A DNA stretch of 64,000 nucleotides from Eledone cirrhosa (lineage: Eukaryota), in contig OZ024764.1 in NCBI GenBank assembly GCA_964016885.1, forward strand, positions 2,294,001 to 2,358,000, in the 5' to 3' direction. A model generated the notes under the pieces. The model was given only the letters and a program-made list of their open reading frames with translations. It was not told the origin of the DNA and ran no database searches. Shown here one piece after another: positions 39,991 to 54,376 of this stretch (its first letter is position 1; the number at the start of each line of letters is the position of its first letter). Both the position numbers and the translations under genes were made by a program.

Positions 39991-40077
39991 GGAAAATTTG
40001 AACAGGAACAAAACAGAGAGGCAGTACAACGAATGTTTATTAATTTCATGCTCTTGAGAGTGGGGTGGTGGTGGGGA

Positions 40078-40110
40078 ACGACGTTTCGGGCATAAGCCCT
40101 TCTTCAGGTG
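40078..40110 (-). ncRNA. Minimal type-I hammerhead ribozyme motif (Penelope-type)
   Basis: Minus strand (C)AC-CTGAAGA-A-GGGC(TTAT)GCCC-GAAA-CG-T-C-GT; GUC triplet; very short stem I. Confidence 0.75.
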
Positions 40111-40429
40111 AAAAGTGTGTGGGGAGAGAGTTCAAAGGGTGTGTAGGGGAGTGGTGGAGAGACATTTAGCAAAAAGGGGGTGAGAGGAAACGGTGCTAAT
40201 GAAAATAAAAATAAAAACATGATCAAAATAAAATTAATGTGTGTGTATGTGTGAGTGTATAAATGCCACAGTGTATATAAAAAGGATGAACCCATTACTT
40301 TTAAAGATACCACATCAGAACTACTACTATAAATAAACTTATGTATATAAGCTATATACATGTGTGTGTGTGTGTGTGTGTGTATGCGTATGTGTGTATA
40401 TGATGTTCATGTAATAAATATGTTTGTGT

Positions 40430-42250
<1,821 letters not shown>

Positions 42251-42251
42251 T

Positions 42252-42690
42252 CAAGAAATGAAGAACGGGTGAGATTTGAATTTTGTGATGCAGGTACACT
42301 GACTATTTGCAACACAAACTTCCAGAAACCTGCCAATCACCTAATAACCTACAAATCAGGCGAGCACATAAGCCAGATTGACTTCCTGCTAGTTAGACAG
42401 TGGGACAGGCAGATAGTGTCTAATGCCAAGGCATACCCTGGGGAAGAATGTACCCCACAGCATAGGTTAGTCATTAGTGATATCTCAGTAAGCAAGAGAT
42501 GGAATAGACATACAAGAAGGTGTGGAAAAGAAAGGTCTGGAAGCTAAAAGACCTTTCACTAAAATACAAATTTAGGAAAGTCCTTCAAGATGTGTATGAC
42601 GAAAAATAAGACGATTTAGAGACGTATGACATAGATAATAACTGGAATTTCTTACGTGACAACTTACTGCAGGCTACTGATGAAACTTGT
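42252..42690 (+). mobile_element. RTE LINE APE-endonuclease fragment
   Basis: [31 protein letters not shown]...CTPQHRLVI. Confidence 0.85.
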
Positions 42691-42694
42691 GTAT

Positions 42695-43800
42695 TGAGAG
42701 ATCACAGCTCTGATACTATGGACATGTGGTTAGAATCTGGTTAGAATGTCTCAGGAAAGAATCTCTGAATTGAGAGATCACAGCTCTGATACTACAGACA
42801 TGTGGTTAGAATGTCTCAGGAAAGAACCTCTGAATTGAGAGATCACAGCTCTGATACTACAGATATGTGGTTAGAATGTCTCAGGAATGAATCTCTAAAT
42901 TGAGAGATCACAGCTCTGACACTACAGACATGTGGTTAGAATGTCACAGGAAAGAATCTCTGAACTGAGAGATCACAGCTCTGATACTACAGACATTGGG
43001 TTAGAATGTCTGAGGAGAGAATCTCTGAATTGAGAGTCCACAACTCTGATACTACAGACATGTGGTTAGAATGTCTGAGGAAAGAATCTCTAAATTGAGA
43101 GATCACAGCTCTGATACTACAGACATGTGGTTAGAATGTCTCAGGAAAGAATCTCTGAATTGAGAGATCACAGCTCTGATACTACAGACATGTGGTTAGA
43201 ATGTCTCAGGAAAGAATATCTGAATTGAGAGATCACAGCTCTGATACTACAGACATGTGGTTAGAATGTCTCAGGAAAGAATATCTGAATTGAGAGATCA
43301 CAGCTCTGATATGACAGACATGTGGTTAGAATGTCTCAGGAAAGAATCTCTGAATTGAGAGATCACAGCTCTGATACTACAGACATGTGGTTAGAATGTC
43401 TCAGGAAAGAATCTCTGAATTGAGAGATCACAGCTCTGATACTACAGACATGTGGTTAGAATGTCTCAGGAAAGAATCTCTGAATTGAGAGATCACAGCT
43501 CTGATACTACAGACATGTGGTTAGAATGTCTCAGGAATGAATCTCTAAATTGAGAGATCACAGCTCTGATACTACAGACATGTGGTTAGAATGTCTCAGG
43601 AAAGAATCTCTAAATTGAGAGATCACAGCTCTGATACTACAGACATGTGGTTAGAATGTCTCAGGAAAGAATCTCTAAATTGAGAGATCACAGCTCTGAT
43701 ACTACAGACATGTGGTTAGAATGTCTGAGGAAAGAATCTCTGGATTGAGAGATCACAGCTCTGATACTACAGACATGTGGTTAGAATGTCTCAGGAAAGA
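42695..43800 (+). repeat. 65-bp tandem array (~17 copies) from an RTE ORF segment
   Basis: Unit TTGAGAGATCACAGCTCTGATACTACAGACATGTGGTTAGAATGTCTCAGGAAAGAATCTCTGAA, which reads ERSQL*YYRHVVRMSQER. Confidence 0.95.
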
Positions 43801-44020
43801 AATGCTGGATAGATTTTATGGGGAAAACCAACCAGCAAGAAACTGAGGGTTAGACTCCGAGCAAGATGGTTGGATAACATCCATGAGATTGGCTGGTCTC
43901 TTTTGGGGATCCAGCTGGATCAGTCGGAAACAGTTGCTTCAGAAAGGAACCTTTGGAGGGAGTGTTTGTGGACTCTACCCCATGATCTTCTCAGGAATAT
44001 GCGGGAGAAAAAGAAAAGTA
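43800..44020 (+). mobile_element. RTE ORF C-terminus continuing from the array
   Basis: ...RARWLDNIHEIGWSLLGI...ERNLWR. Confidence 0.7.
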
Positions 44021-44543
44021 AATGCTACAGACACACAACTACAAAAAAATAACCAATCAAATTTTCTGCCTTTCTGTTACAACACATAAAGAGAAAGGAG
44101 TAGTTTTATAACCTCATGCTACTCCCCTCTCTTTACGTCTACTACCTGTGTAAATGTATATGTGTGTGTAAAAGGAAAGAAGGGGGTGGTGAAAATACTA
44201 TGCTGTGTGTGAATGTGTGTGTGTTTGAATAAATGTATGTGTGTTTGTGTAAATATATGTGTGTGTGTTTGTGTAAATATATGTGTGTGTGTTTGTGTAA
44301 ATATATGTGTGTGTGTTTGTGTAAATATATGCGTGCGTGTTTGTGTAAATATATGTATGTGTTTGTGCAAATATGTGTGTTTGTGTGAATGTATGTGTGT
44401 ATGTGTGTGTGTGTGTGAATGCATGTGTATTTTTGTGTTTATATGTTTATATTCATATACTCATACATATAAATGTACACATACGCACACACACACATAT
44501 ACACATACACACACACACATATACACACACATACACATATAAA

Positions 44544-45150
44544 TGGTGGCTGTCAACTCTTTTTCGAGTACGGCCACTACTTTATATCCATGTAGGAGAA
44601 CCCCTACCGATGCGCTGAACGACTGACTTTTTAGTCCAGCCAGCGACTTGAAAACTCTGGTACAAACACTACACTTGTGACAATTATTGGTACATAGTGC
44701 TGGGCCCATGGTACCCTGTGATGACAAGTGCAGAGAGATCTCCAGATATAAAGCAATGCCTGTGCCATGAAGCTTTTATAGTGAGCAAAGGTAATGCACT
44801 AATCCAGTCCCACTCTCTTAACCAAGATGATATTTACCAAAAAGAATAACAAGTCAACATCATTGGATACCATCAGAGTTGCAGGTGTTATATCAGAGTT
44901 TTCCTTCTCCTAGAATTCTGCCTTAACAAAGGCTAAGGGGTCATCTCTCCCGGTGATTTTGGATGGCCATTGACTCTTAAGAGCTCCTTTGCCTTTTGAC
45001 AGGTTTTGTTTTTAGACCTGCAGGATGTCCAAAGTCACCCTCCTCACCAAGAAACCTTGGTGGGGTTGCCAGCTTAGTCGCCAACGACCCGACCATGAGA
45101 CAGGTTGTACTGGGATACATGTTACCAGTAGCACCAACTGGTGACCTGAC
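44544..45150 (-). mobile_element. Bipartite RTE-derived non-autonomous retroelement, copy 3
   Basis: Homologous to 1667..2275. Confidence 0.82.
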
Positions 45151-45529
45151 ATATACATACACACATATATATACACACGCACACACACACACACACATAT
45201 ACACACACATACAAATACATACACACATATACACATATACACACACACATACACACATATATACACACACATACACAGACACATATACACACACATACAC
45301 ACATATATACACATATACACACACACATATACACATATACACATATATACACACACACACATATACACACATACACATGCACAGACACACATATACACAC
45401 ACACATACACACACACATACACACTTACACACATACACATGCACATACGCACACATATACACACACACACACACATACACACACACATATACACATACAC
45501 ATATACACACATATATATCAGGGTGTTGA

Positions 45530-46862
45530 AAAAGTCCTAGTATAATAAAAAAAAAAACACCAACACAAACCCACAGAAAGACAGATATAAACATCTTTCC
45601 AAACATGTGAAGGTGTGTAATGTGTGTGTAATGTGTGTGTAATGTGAGTGTAATGTGTGTGTAATGTGAGTGTAATGTGTGTGTAATGTGTGTGTAATGT
45701 GAGTGTAATGTGAGTGTGTAATATGTGTGTGTAATGTGTGTGTAATGTGAGTGTAATGTGAGTGTAATCTGTGTGTAATGTGAGTGTAATGTGTGTGTAA
45801 TGTGTGTGTTTGTGTGTGTAATGTGTGTGTAATGTGTGTGTAATGTGTGTGTAATGTGTGTAATGTGTGTGCAATGTGTGTGCAATGTGTGTAATGTGTG
45901 TGTAATGTGTAATGTGAGTGTAATGTGAGTGTAATCTGTGTGTAATGTGAGTGTAATGTGTGTGTAATGTGAGTGTAATGTGTGTGTGATATGAGTGTGA
46001 TATGAGTGTAATGTGAGTGTAATGTGACTGTAATGTGTGTGCAATGTGTGTGTAATGTGTGTGTAATGTGTGTGTAATGTGTGTGTAATGTGAGCGTAAT
46101 GTGTGTGTAATGTGTGTGTAATGTGAGTGTAATGTGTGTGTAATGTGTGTGTAATGTGTGTGTAATGTGTGTGTAATGTGGGTGCAATGTGAGTGTAATG
46201 GGTGTGTAATGTGAGTGTAATGTGTGTGTAATGTGAGTGTAATGTGTGTGTGATATGAGTGTGATATGAGTGTAATGTGAGTGTAATGTGACTGTAATGT
46301 GTGTGCAATGTGTGTGTAATGTGTGTGTAATGTGTGTGTAATGTGTGTGTAATGTGTGTGTAATGTGAGCGTAATGTGTGTGTAATGTGTGTGTAATGTG
46401 AGTGTAATGTGTGTGTAATGTGTGTGTAATGTGTGTGTAATGTGGGTGCAATGTGAGTGTAATGGGTGTGTAATGTGAGTGTAATGTGTGTGTAATGTGT
46501 GTGTAATGTGTGTGTGTGAGTGCAATGTGAGTGTAATGTGTGTGTAATGTGTGTGTAATGTGTGTGTAATGTGAGTGTAATGAAAAAATCCTAGTATAAT
46601 AAAAAAAAAACACCAACACAAACCCACAGAAAGACAGATATAAACATCTTTCCAAACATGTGAAGGTGTGTAATGTGTGTGTAATGTGTGTGTAATGTGT
46701 GTGTAATGTGTGTGTAATGTGAGTGTAATGTGTGTGTAATGAGTGTGTAATGTGAGTGTAATGTGTGTGTAATGTGTGTGTAATGTGTGTGTAATGTGAG
46801 TGTAATGTGTGTGTAATGTGTGTGTAATGTGTGTGTAATGTGTGTGTAATGTGTGTGTAATG
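45530..46862 (+). repeat. 11-bp (TGTAATGTGTG)n satellite with a duplicated ~85-bp unique block (45530..45615, 46583..46668)
   Basis: Direct inspection. Confidence 0.9.
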
Positions 46863-46954
46863 GTGCCTGACTCCCATACCACTGGTGGTGTGGTTCTTTA
46901 GTTCTGTTGTACAACAAAGAAGGTAGTTGTTGAAAAATGGCGGCTTATTGAGAT

Positions 46955-47320
46955 GGTATGGTGGAGATGGTGGGGTGTTATGGTGGTGATGGTGGGGTGT
47001 TATGGTGGAGATAGTGGGGTGGAGATGGTGGGGTGGAGATGGTGGGGGTGTTATGGTGGGGTGTTGTGGTGGTGATGGTGGGGTGTTGTGGTGGTGATGG
47101 TGGGTGGGGATGGTGGGGTGTTGTGGTGGGGATGGTGGGGTGGAGATGGTGGGGATGGTGGGGTGTTATGGTGGAGATAGCGGGGTGAGGATGGTGGGGT
47201 GTTATGGTGGGGATGGTGGGGTGGAGATGGTGAGGTGTTATGGAGGGAATGGTGGAGTGGAGATGGTGGGGATATTGGGGTGGTATGGTGGTGATGGTGG
47301 GGTGGTATGGTGGGGTGTTA
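46955..47320 (+). repeat. G-run-rich minisatellite (GGTGGGGTG...)
   Basis: Many GGGG runs. Confidence 0.85.
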
Positions 47321-47559
47321 TAGTGACATTACTTGAGAGGTTCACACCGGATGTGACCACGTTCATTATTTTTCTATTTGTTTATGTGATATAAATATAC
47401 ATTGCACACACAGACATGTACGATATATCTATGTATATATATAAAAACATATATATACATATATGTATATAAACATATACACACACACACATATATATAT
47501 ATATATGTGCGGGTATAAGCCAAAGTTGAAGCATATAGAGAATATGCCCCCACCCCTCC

Positions 47560-50018
47560 CACTGTAAAGTGGTCACGTAGGTGTCACAACAAAAAGCACC
47601 CAGTCCACGCTGTAAAGTGGTCATGTAGGTGTCACAACAAAAAACACCCAGTACACACTGTAAAGTGGTCATGTAGGTGTCACAACAAAAAGCACCCAGT
47701 ACACACTGTAAAGTGGTCATGTAGGTGTCATGACAAACAACACCCAGTCCACACTGTAAAGTAGTCACGTAGGTGTCACAACAAAAAACACCCAGTACAC
47801 ACTGTAAAGTGGTCATGTAGGTGTCACAACATAAAACACCCAGTACACACTGTAAAGTGGTCATGTAGGTGTCACAACAAAAAGCACCCAGTCCACACTG
47901 TAACGTGGTCATGTAGGTGTCACAACAAAAAGTACCCAGTCCACACTGTAAAGTGGTCATGTAGGTGTCACAACAAAAAACACCCAGTACACACTGTAAA
48001 GTGGTCATGTAGGTGTCACAACAAAAAGTACCCAGTCCACACTGTAAAGTGGTCACGTAGGTGTCACAACAAAAAGTACCCAGTCCACACTGTAAAGTGG
48101 TCATGTAGGTGTCACAACAAAAAGTACCCAGTCCACACTGTAAAGTGGTCACGTAGGTGTCACAACAAAAAGTACCCCGTCCACACTGTAAAGTGGTCAT
48201 GTAGGTGTCACAACAAAAAGCACCCAGTCCACACTGTAAAGTGGTCATGTAGGTGTCACAACAAAAAGTACCCAGTCCACACTGTAAAGTGGTCATGTAG
48301 GTGTCACAACAAAAAGTACCCAGTCCACACTGTAAAGTGGTCACGTACGTGTCACAACAAAAAGTACCTAGTCCACACTGTAAAGTGGTCATGTAGGTGT
48401 CACAACAAAAAGTACCCAGTCCACACTGTAAAGTGGTCACGTACGTGTCACAACAAAAAGTACCTAGTCCACACTGTAAAGTGGCCATGTAGGTGTCACA
48501 ACAAAAAGTACCCAGTCCACACTGTAAAGTGGTCATGTAGGTGTCACAACAAAAAGTACCCAGTCCACACTGTAAAGTGGTCATGTAGGTGTCACAACAA
48601 AAAGTACCCAGTCCACACTGTAAAGTGGTCATGTAGGTGTCACAACAAAAAGTACCCAGTCCACACTGTAAAGTGGCCATGTAGGTGTCACAACAAAAAG
48701 TACCCAGTCCACACTGTAAAGTGGTCATGTAGGTGTCACAACAAAAAGTACCCAGCCCACACTGTAAAGTGGTCATGTAGGTGTCACAACAAAAAGTACC
48801 CAGTCCACACTGTAAAGTGGTCATGTAGGTGTCACAACAAAAAGTACCCAGTCCACACTGTAAAGTGGTCACGTATGTGTCACAACAAAAAGTACCTAGT
48901 CCACACTGTAAAGTGGTCATGTAGGTGTCACAACAAAAAGTACCCAGTCCACACTGTAAAGTGGTCACGTACGTGTCACAACAAAAAGTACCCAGTCCAC
49001 ACTGTAAAGTGGTCACGTATGTGTCACAACAAAAAGTACCTAGTCCACACTGTAAAGTGGTCATGTAGGTGTCACAACAAAAAGTACCCAGTCCACACTG
49101 TAAAGTGGTCACGTACGTGTCACAACAAAAAAAGTAACCAGTCCACACTGTAAAGTGGTCATGTAGGTGTCACAACAAAAAGTACCCAGTCCACACTGTA
49201 AAGTGGTCATGTAGGTGTCACAACAAAAAACACCCAGTCCTCACTGTAAAGTGGTCATGTAGGTGTCACAACAAAAAGTACCCAGTTCACACTGTAAAGT
49301 GGTCATGTAGGTGTCACAGCAAAAAGTACCCAGTGCACACTGTAAAGTGGTCATGTAGGTGTCACAACAAAAAGTACCCAGTCCACACTGTAAAGTGGTC
49401 ATATAGGTGTCACAACAAAAAGCAGCCAGTCCACACTGTAAAGTGGTTATGTAGGTGTCACAACAAAAAGTACCCAGTCCACACTGTAAAGTGGTCATGT
49501 AGGTGTCACAACAAAAAGTACCTAGTCCACACTGTAAAGTGGTCATGTAGGTGTCACAACAAAAAGTACCCAGTCCACACTGTAAAGTGGTTATGTAGGT
49601 GTCACAACAAAAAGTACCCAGTCCACACTGTAAAGTGGTTATGTAGGTGTCACAACAAAAAGTACCCAGTCCACACTGTAAAGTGGTCATGTAGGTGTCA
49701 CAACAAAAAGTACCCAGTCCACACTGTAAAGTGGTCATGTAGGTGTCACAACAAAAAGTACCCAGTCTACACTGTAAAGTGGTCATGTAGGTGTCACAAC
49801 AAACAGTACCCAGTCCACACTGTAAAGTGGTCATGTAGGTGTCACAACAAAAAGTACCCAGTCCACACTGTAAAGTGGTCATGTAGGTGTCACAACAAAA
49901 AGTACCCAGTCTACACTGTAAAGTGGTCATGTAGGTGTCACAACAAACAGTACCCAGTCCACACTGTAAAGTGGTCATGTAGGTGTCACAACAAGAAGTA
50001 CCCAGTCCACACTGTAAA
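47560..50018 (+). repeat. 48-bp minisatellite (~51 copies), followed by RTE 3' tail to 50172
   Basis: Same unit as 5184..5903. Confidence 0.96.
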
Positions 50019-50169
50019 AGTGGTTGGTGTTAGGAAGGGCATCCAGTCGTAGAAAACCTGCCAGAGACACTTCCGTACGAGCAAGACACGGTCTCCTGAC
50101 CAATCTCGCATCAAATGGAATTAAGGAGGCTAACCCATGCTAGCGTGGAAGATGGACGTTAAACAATGA

Positions 50170-50215
<46 letters not shown>

Positions 50216-50417
50216 CGTTTCTGAATTTGTTTAGCAAGATTCTTTATCTGAAATCGTGTGTTGAAACCGATATTGTTATACTTTGGGAGGGTCATTTGCC
50301 AATAAGAAACACACGCACCAGTTGCTTTCACTTCAATTTATTATAATAAATTTATAATAAATTTATAAATTTCTGGTTGGTTGGTTGGTTCCACAACCAG
50401 ATAGTTGTTTATATATT

Positions 50418-50460
50418 GTCATAGTTCTTTCGTCACACACTCTGTGACCTCTTCAGTGAC
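50418..50460 (-). ncRNA. Minimal type-I hammerhead motif (left arm)
   Basis: Exact reverse complement of 50567..50609. Confidence 0.82.
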
Positions 50461-50566
50461 TGGGGATTCCTTTCTTTGTTTCTGTGCCTCTCCTTTGTTC
50501 TGTCAGAAACAAAATGGCGTAGGACAAAACAAAGGAGAGGCACAGAAACAAAGAAAGGAATCCCCA

Positions 50567-50609
50567 GTCACTGAAGAGGTCACAGAGTGTGTGACGAAAG
50601 AACTATGAC
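50567..50609 (+). ncRNA. Minimal type-I hammerhead motif (right arm)
   Basis: GTCA-CTGAAGA-G-GTCACA(GAGTG)TGTGAC-GAAA-GAAC-T-A-TGAC; predicted cleavage after A50605. Confidence 0.82.
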
Positions 50610-50915
50610 AATATATAAACAACTATCTGGTTGTGGAACCAACCAACCAACCAACCAGAAATTTATAAATTTATTATAATAAATTGAAGTGAAAGCAACT
50701 GGTGCGTGTGTTTCTTATTGGCAACATGACCCTCCCTAAGTATATCAATATATATACATATATATATATGTATGTATATATGAGTGTGTATTTAGGCTAC
50801 TGTAGACTGTTAAATTGACCATTTAACAAAAATATAGTAAGATGTGTATATATATAGTGGAGTCTAAATGATACACAAGTGACAGTTTGTTTGGGAGATA
50901 TGATGTATGTATGTG

Positions 50916-50946
<31 letters not shown>

Positions 50947-51089
50947 ATATATATATGTGTATGTGTATATATATATATATATATAAATGTGGCTATATAA
51001 ATATATGTCTATATATGGTGTTTATTCCTCCGAATAGAAGATGTGTTGTCTTCTCTTTAGTAATGTCATTGATAACAATCTGAGGAAAT

Positions 51090-51810
51090 ATGTTGTGGTG
51101 GTGGTGTAGTGGTGGTTGAGGTGGTGGTGGTGGTGGTGGTGGTGGTGGTGTGGGTGGTGGTGGTGGTGGTGTGGGTGGTGGTGTAGTGGTGTGGTGGTGT
51201 AGTGGTGGTGGTGTGGTGGTACTGGTGGTGTGGTGGTACTGGTGGTGTAGTGGTGGTGGTGGTGTGGTGGTGTAGTGGTGGTGGTGTGGTGGTACTGGTG
51301 GTGTAGTGGTGGTGGTGGTGGTGGTGTGGTTGTGGTGTAGTGGTGTGGTGGTAGTGGTGGTGTAGTGGTGGTGGGAGTGGTGGTGTAGTGGTGGTGGTGG
51401 TGGTGGTGTAATGTGGTAGTGTAGTGGTGGTCGTGGTGGTGGTGTGGTGGTGTAGTGTGGTGGTGTAGTGTGGTGGTGTAGTGTGGTGGTGTGGTGGTGT
51501 AGTGTGGTGGTGTGGTGGTGTAGTGGTGGTGTTGGTGAAGTGGTGGTGTTGGTGAAGTGGTGGTGTTGGTGAAGCGGTGGTCGTAGTGGTAGTGTAGTGG
51601 TGCTGGTAGTTGTGGTGTAGTGGTGGTGGTGCGGAGGGGAGTTGTGCGGTAGCGGTGGTGGTGGTGTAGTGTAGTGTTGGTGGTGGCGTGGCGGTGGTGG
51701 CGTAGTGGTGGTGGTGGTGGTAATGTGGGTGTTGGTAGTGGTGTGGTAGTGTTGGTGGTGTTGGTAGTGGTGATAGTGTTGTTGCTGTTGATGGTGGTGG
51801 TGGTGGTAAT
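51090..51810 (+). repeat. (GGT)n low-complexity tract
   Basis: Direct inspection. Confidence 0.92.
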
Positions 51811-51863
51811 AGTAACACATTTCTACTCCTAGGCAAACATATAACTCAGTCAGGTTTTTAGTG

Positions 51864-51962
<99 letters not shown>

Positions 51963-51998
51963 ATATATGTGTGTTGTATATCTATATATATATATATA

Positions 51999-52850
51999 CT
52001 AGCATTAAAGCCCGGCGTTGCTCGGGGTCAGTAAGTTACCAAAGTTAGGTTGCACCACCCATTTTATAACAGCACTTTTTTGTCTGCCATGCACTGGGTG
52101 AATGAATTGCAGACATGGACTGCCGAAGCAGGAGCTGCGCCAGCAGTGACAATTGTAGTTTTGCCTATGGATATTATCTCTGTGCAAAGAAGTGTTGAAA
52201 TTTATTGTTTCACAGTACTTGCGCAACACGCGCGTAGACGATGCCAGCCGAACAACAGTGCTGCGATGGAGTTGTTCTGCATGGTTGTCTAATGTGTGTG
52301 TTCTAAATTTAAGACAGTAGGGAGGGGTGTGATATGGGGGAGAGTTAGCTGCTGTTTCTAGCAGGTTTAGTGACCTCATAGAGGATATTATTGTGTATAG
52401 TAAATGAACTGATACTTCTTTCTTCCACAATGGTTGATAGATGTTTTAAAAAAGATTTATCGCTATTTTTTTTATTGTTGAATAAATTTATCTGTTGCCT
52501 TTGAATAATTGTTGTTTCGTATGAAATGTAATAAGTACTCTTCGTTGTCATTGAAGTAAATAAATGTTTGACAGTTCCACACTCAAAAACAAACGTTCTC
52601 TCTCTCTTAAAGTTTGTGAGTTTAATCGTATATAAGAGAAAGTTGCAGCATGTATGTAGTTTTATCGAATTTTAAGGGGAGTAGAAGAGAGGTAATCTGA
52701 TTGTATTAGAGAGGTAAAGCGTCATGTATTTAGTTTTATCGATTATTTCTGTAACTGTGGGTGAGTTTGAATGAAATAAATAGTCATTGACCTAAGTTAG
52801 ACCATTTACAACATTCTTACAGACTTTGAGTCGAATCGGTTTGAAATAGT
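51999..52850 (-). mobile_element. Non-autonomous Helitron-like element (3' end at 51999)
   Basis: Minus strand CCCGAGCAACGCCGGG hairpin then CTAG|T in a TA tract; 5' boundary uncertain. Confidence 0.6.
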
Positions 52851-53094
52851 GCAAATGTATAAACATGGAACATGCACACACATACACACACAACAACAAC
52901 AACAATCTGCCTTTTATAGATAATGATACAGAGTGTGGACGATATTTGTTTGCAATTTTCAACTGCTAATTTTATGCAAATTTTTTTTACTTCCGTTGTC
53001 ACTCTTGTCTTCATAAAAACAGTGACTATATTTCCATTATTTATTTTCAGAATAATTGATTATGAATAATTTTGAACCTCCAAATCTTGGAATC

Positions 53095-53330
53095 CGCGCC
53101 GGGAGGACAAATAAGACCAGAAGATCAACTCCCAGAACAACAGGTGGCTCGCTGTCTCATCCAAAGACGTGCCCAGAATCATGCAGACAAAGTTTCCAGT
53201 GACAACATTGGTCTTAGGTGCCGATGGCTACATCCGCGTTCTGAGTGAGGTAGTAAAGCCCTGGATCGACCAGGTAGCTGCAGGTAGGCCGTACGTGTGG
53301 CAGCAAGACTCAGCGCCCTGCCATACCAGC
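53095..53330 (+). pseudogene. Tc1/mariner (maT-like) transposase fragment
   Basis: NSQNNRWLA...TKFP...YIRVLSEVVKPW...YVWQQDSAPCHTS. Confidence 0.8.
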
Positions 53331-53415
53331 TGGATAAATCGACAGCTGGATGAGCAGGGACTGTAGTGTAGAGGGAGACAACGTCGAGGCTAAAGGCGTA
53401 TCTATTTAGTTTAAG

Positions 53416-53982
53416 TTGTTCTGGCTGGAAGTACTCAAACTGAATGGATACACGACATCCACCACAAACCGTGCCAGAAAGAACAGAGGACACCACACCC
53501 GAGGCACTAACACTTGCTTCCTGAAGCTCCCACACTTCAGTGACAAAACAACAACAGCCATCCACAGAGCTATCAGACGAGAGGGACTAAATATCCAACT
53601 GGCCCACTCAGGTCCTTCTCTACGCAGACAGCTAACCAAAAGACACTCCACCAGACATGACAACTGCTGCATCAACAACACAGACCTATGCCACCAGGCT
53701 TACGTCGTATACAGACTAGAGTGTGACAAATGCAGCAACTTCTACATAGGTAGCACCACCAGACCACTCCACATAAGAATAAAAGAACACCTCAATACTA
53801 ATGCTTCCTCATTTAAGAAACACCTAGTTAAATGCAAAAACACCGACAAAACCATAACAGTTAGGATAGAAACTAAGGAAAGAAACCTCGGCAATCTTAG
53901 AATTAAGGAAGCACTAATTATAGACAAAACACAACCACCAATCAATAATAGACTAGAACTCAACACCCAATTTATAACTTGA
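53416..53982 (+). pseudogene. Penelope-like ORF C-terminus: RT thumb/linker + GIY-YIG endonuclease
   Basis: VVYRLECDKCSNFYIGSTTRPLHIRIKEH...KKH...RIKEALII...PPIN. Confidence 0.9.
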
Positions 53983-54341
53983 TAGAGCTTCTAGCCCCAT
54001 ATTTACACACACATGCTTACCCCTCCACTTATTCTCTCACACACACACACATACACACACAAAGAGCAGTTCTAACATGAGATAACATCTATCCTCCACA
54101 TTTACGTATAGACATATCTTCTCACTCTCACACACACACACTCACATACTTACACCTTCATGCATTCTCCCACACACTTAAACAGGCATGTACAAAAAAA
54201 AAAAACCTTTTAAAGGGAGACTACTCTTTATCCACCTAACCTTAACTCTTTGACATTAGAGATAGAACAGATACTCTATACCATTTCCTGTCAGCATGAC
54301 TTGGCAAGCTATTTAGAACACTGGTTTAACCGCTTTATTTC

Positions 54342-54376
54342 CCTCCGAAGAAGAGATATTATCTTGAAAATTAAGG
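54342..54376 (+). ncRNA. Degenerate minimal hammerhead in the Penelope 3' repeat
   Basis: CCT-CCGAAGA-A-GAGAT(ATT)ATCTT-GAAA-AT-T-A-AGG; U4->C in the core. Confidence 0.65.

Larger units (their letters stand above)
50278..50743. mobile_element. Fold-back element (~220-bp arms, ~28-nt loop) with a hammerhead in each arm; Penelope-like derivative
   Basis: Arms 50278..50499 and 50528..50743; the loop contains AAAATGGCGTAG; flanked by TA tracts. Confidence 0.88.

Noticed and set aside
47382-49978. Long Cys-rich ORFs (MTTLQCGLGTFCCDTY)n as metallothionein/keratin-like genes; also 5158, 29810 and 30707
   Set aside because: The 48-bp unit is divisible by 3 and derives from an RTE 3'UTR; frames break at indels; no gene structure.
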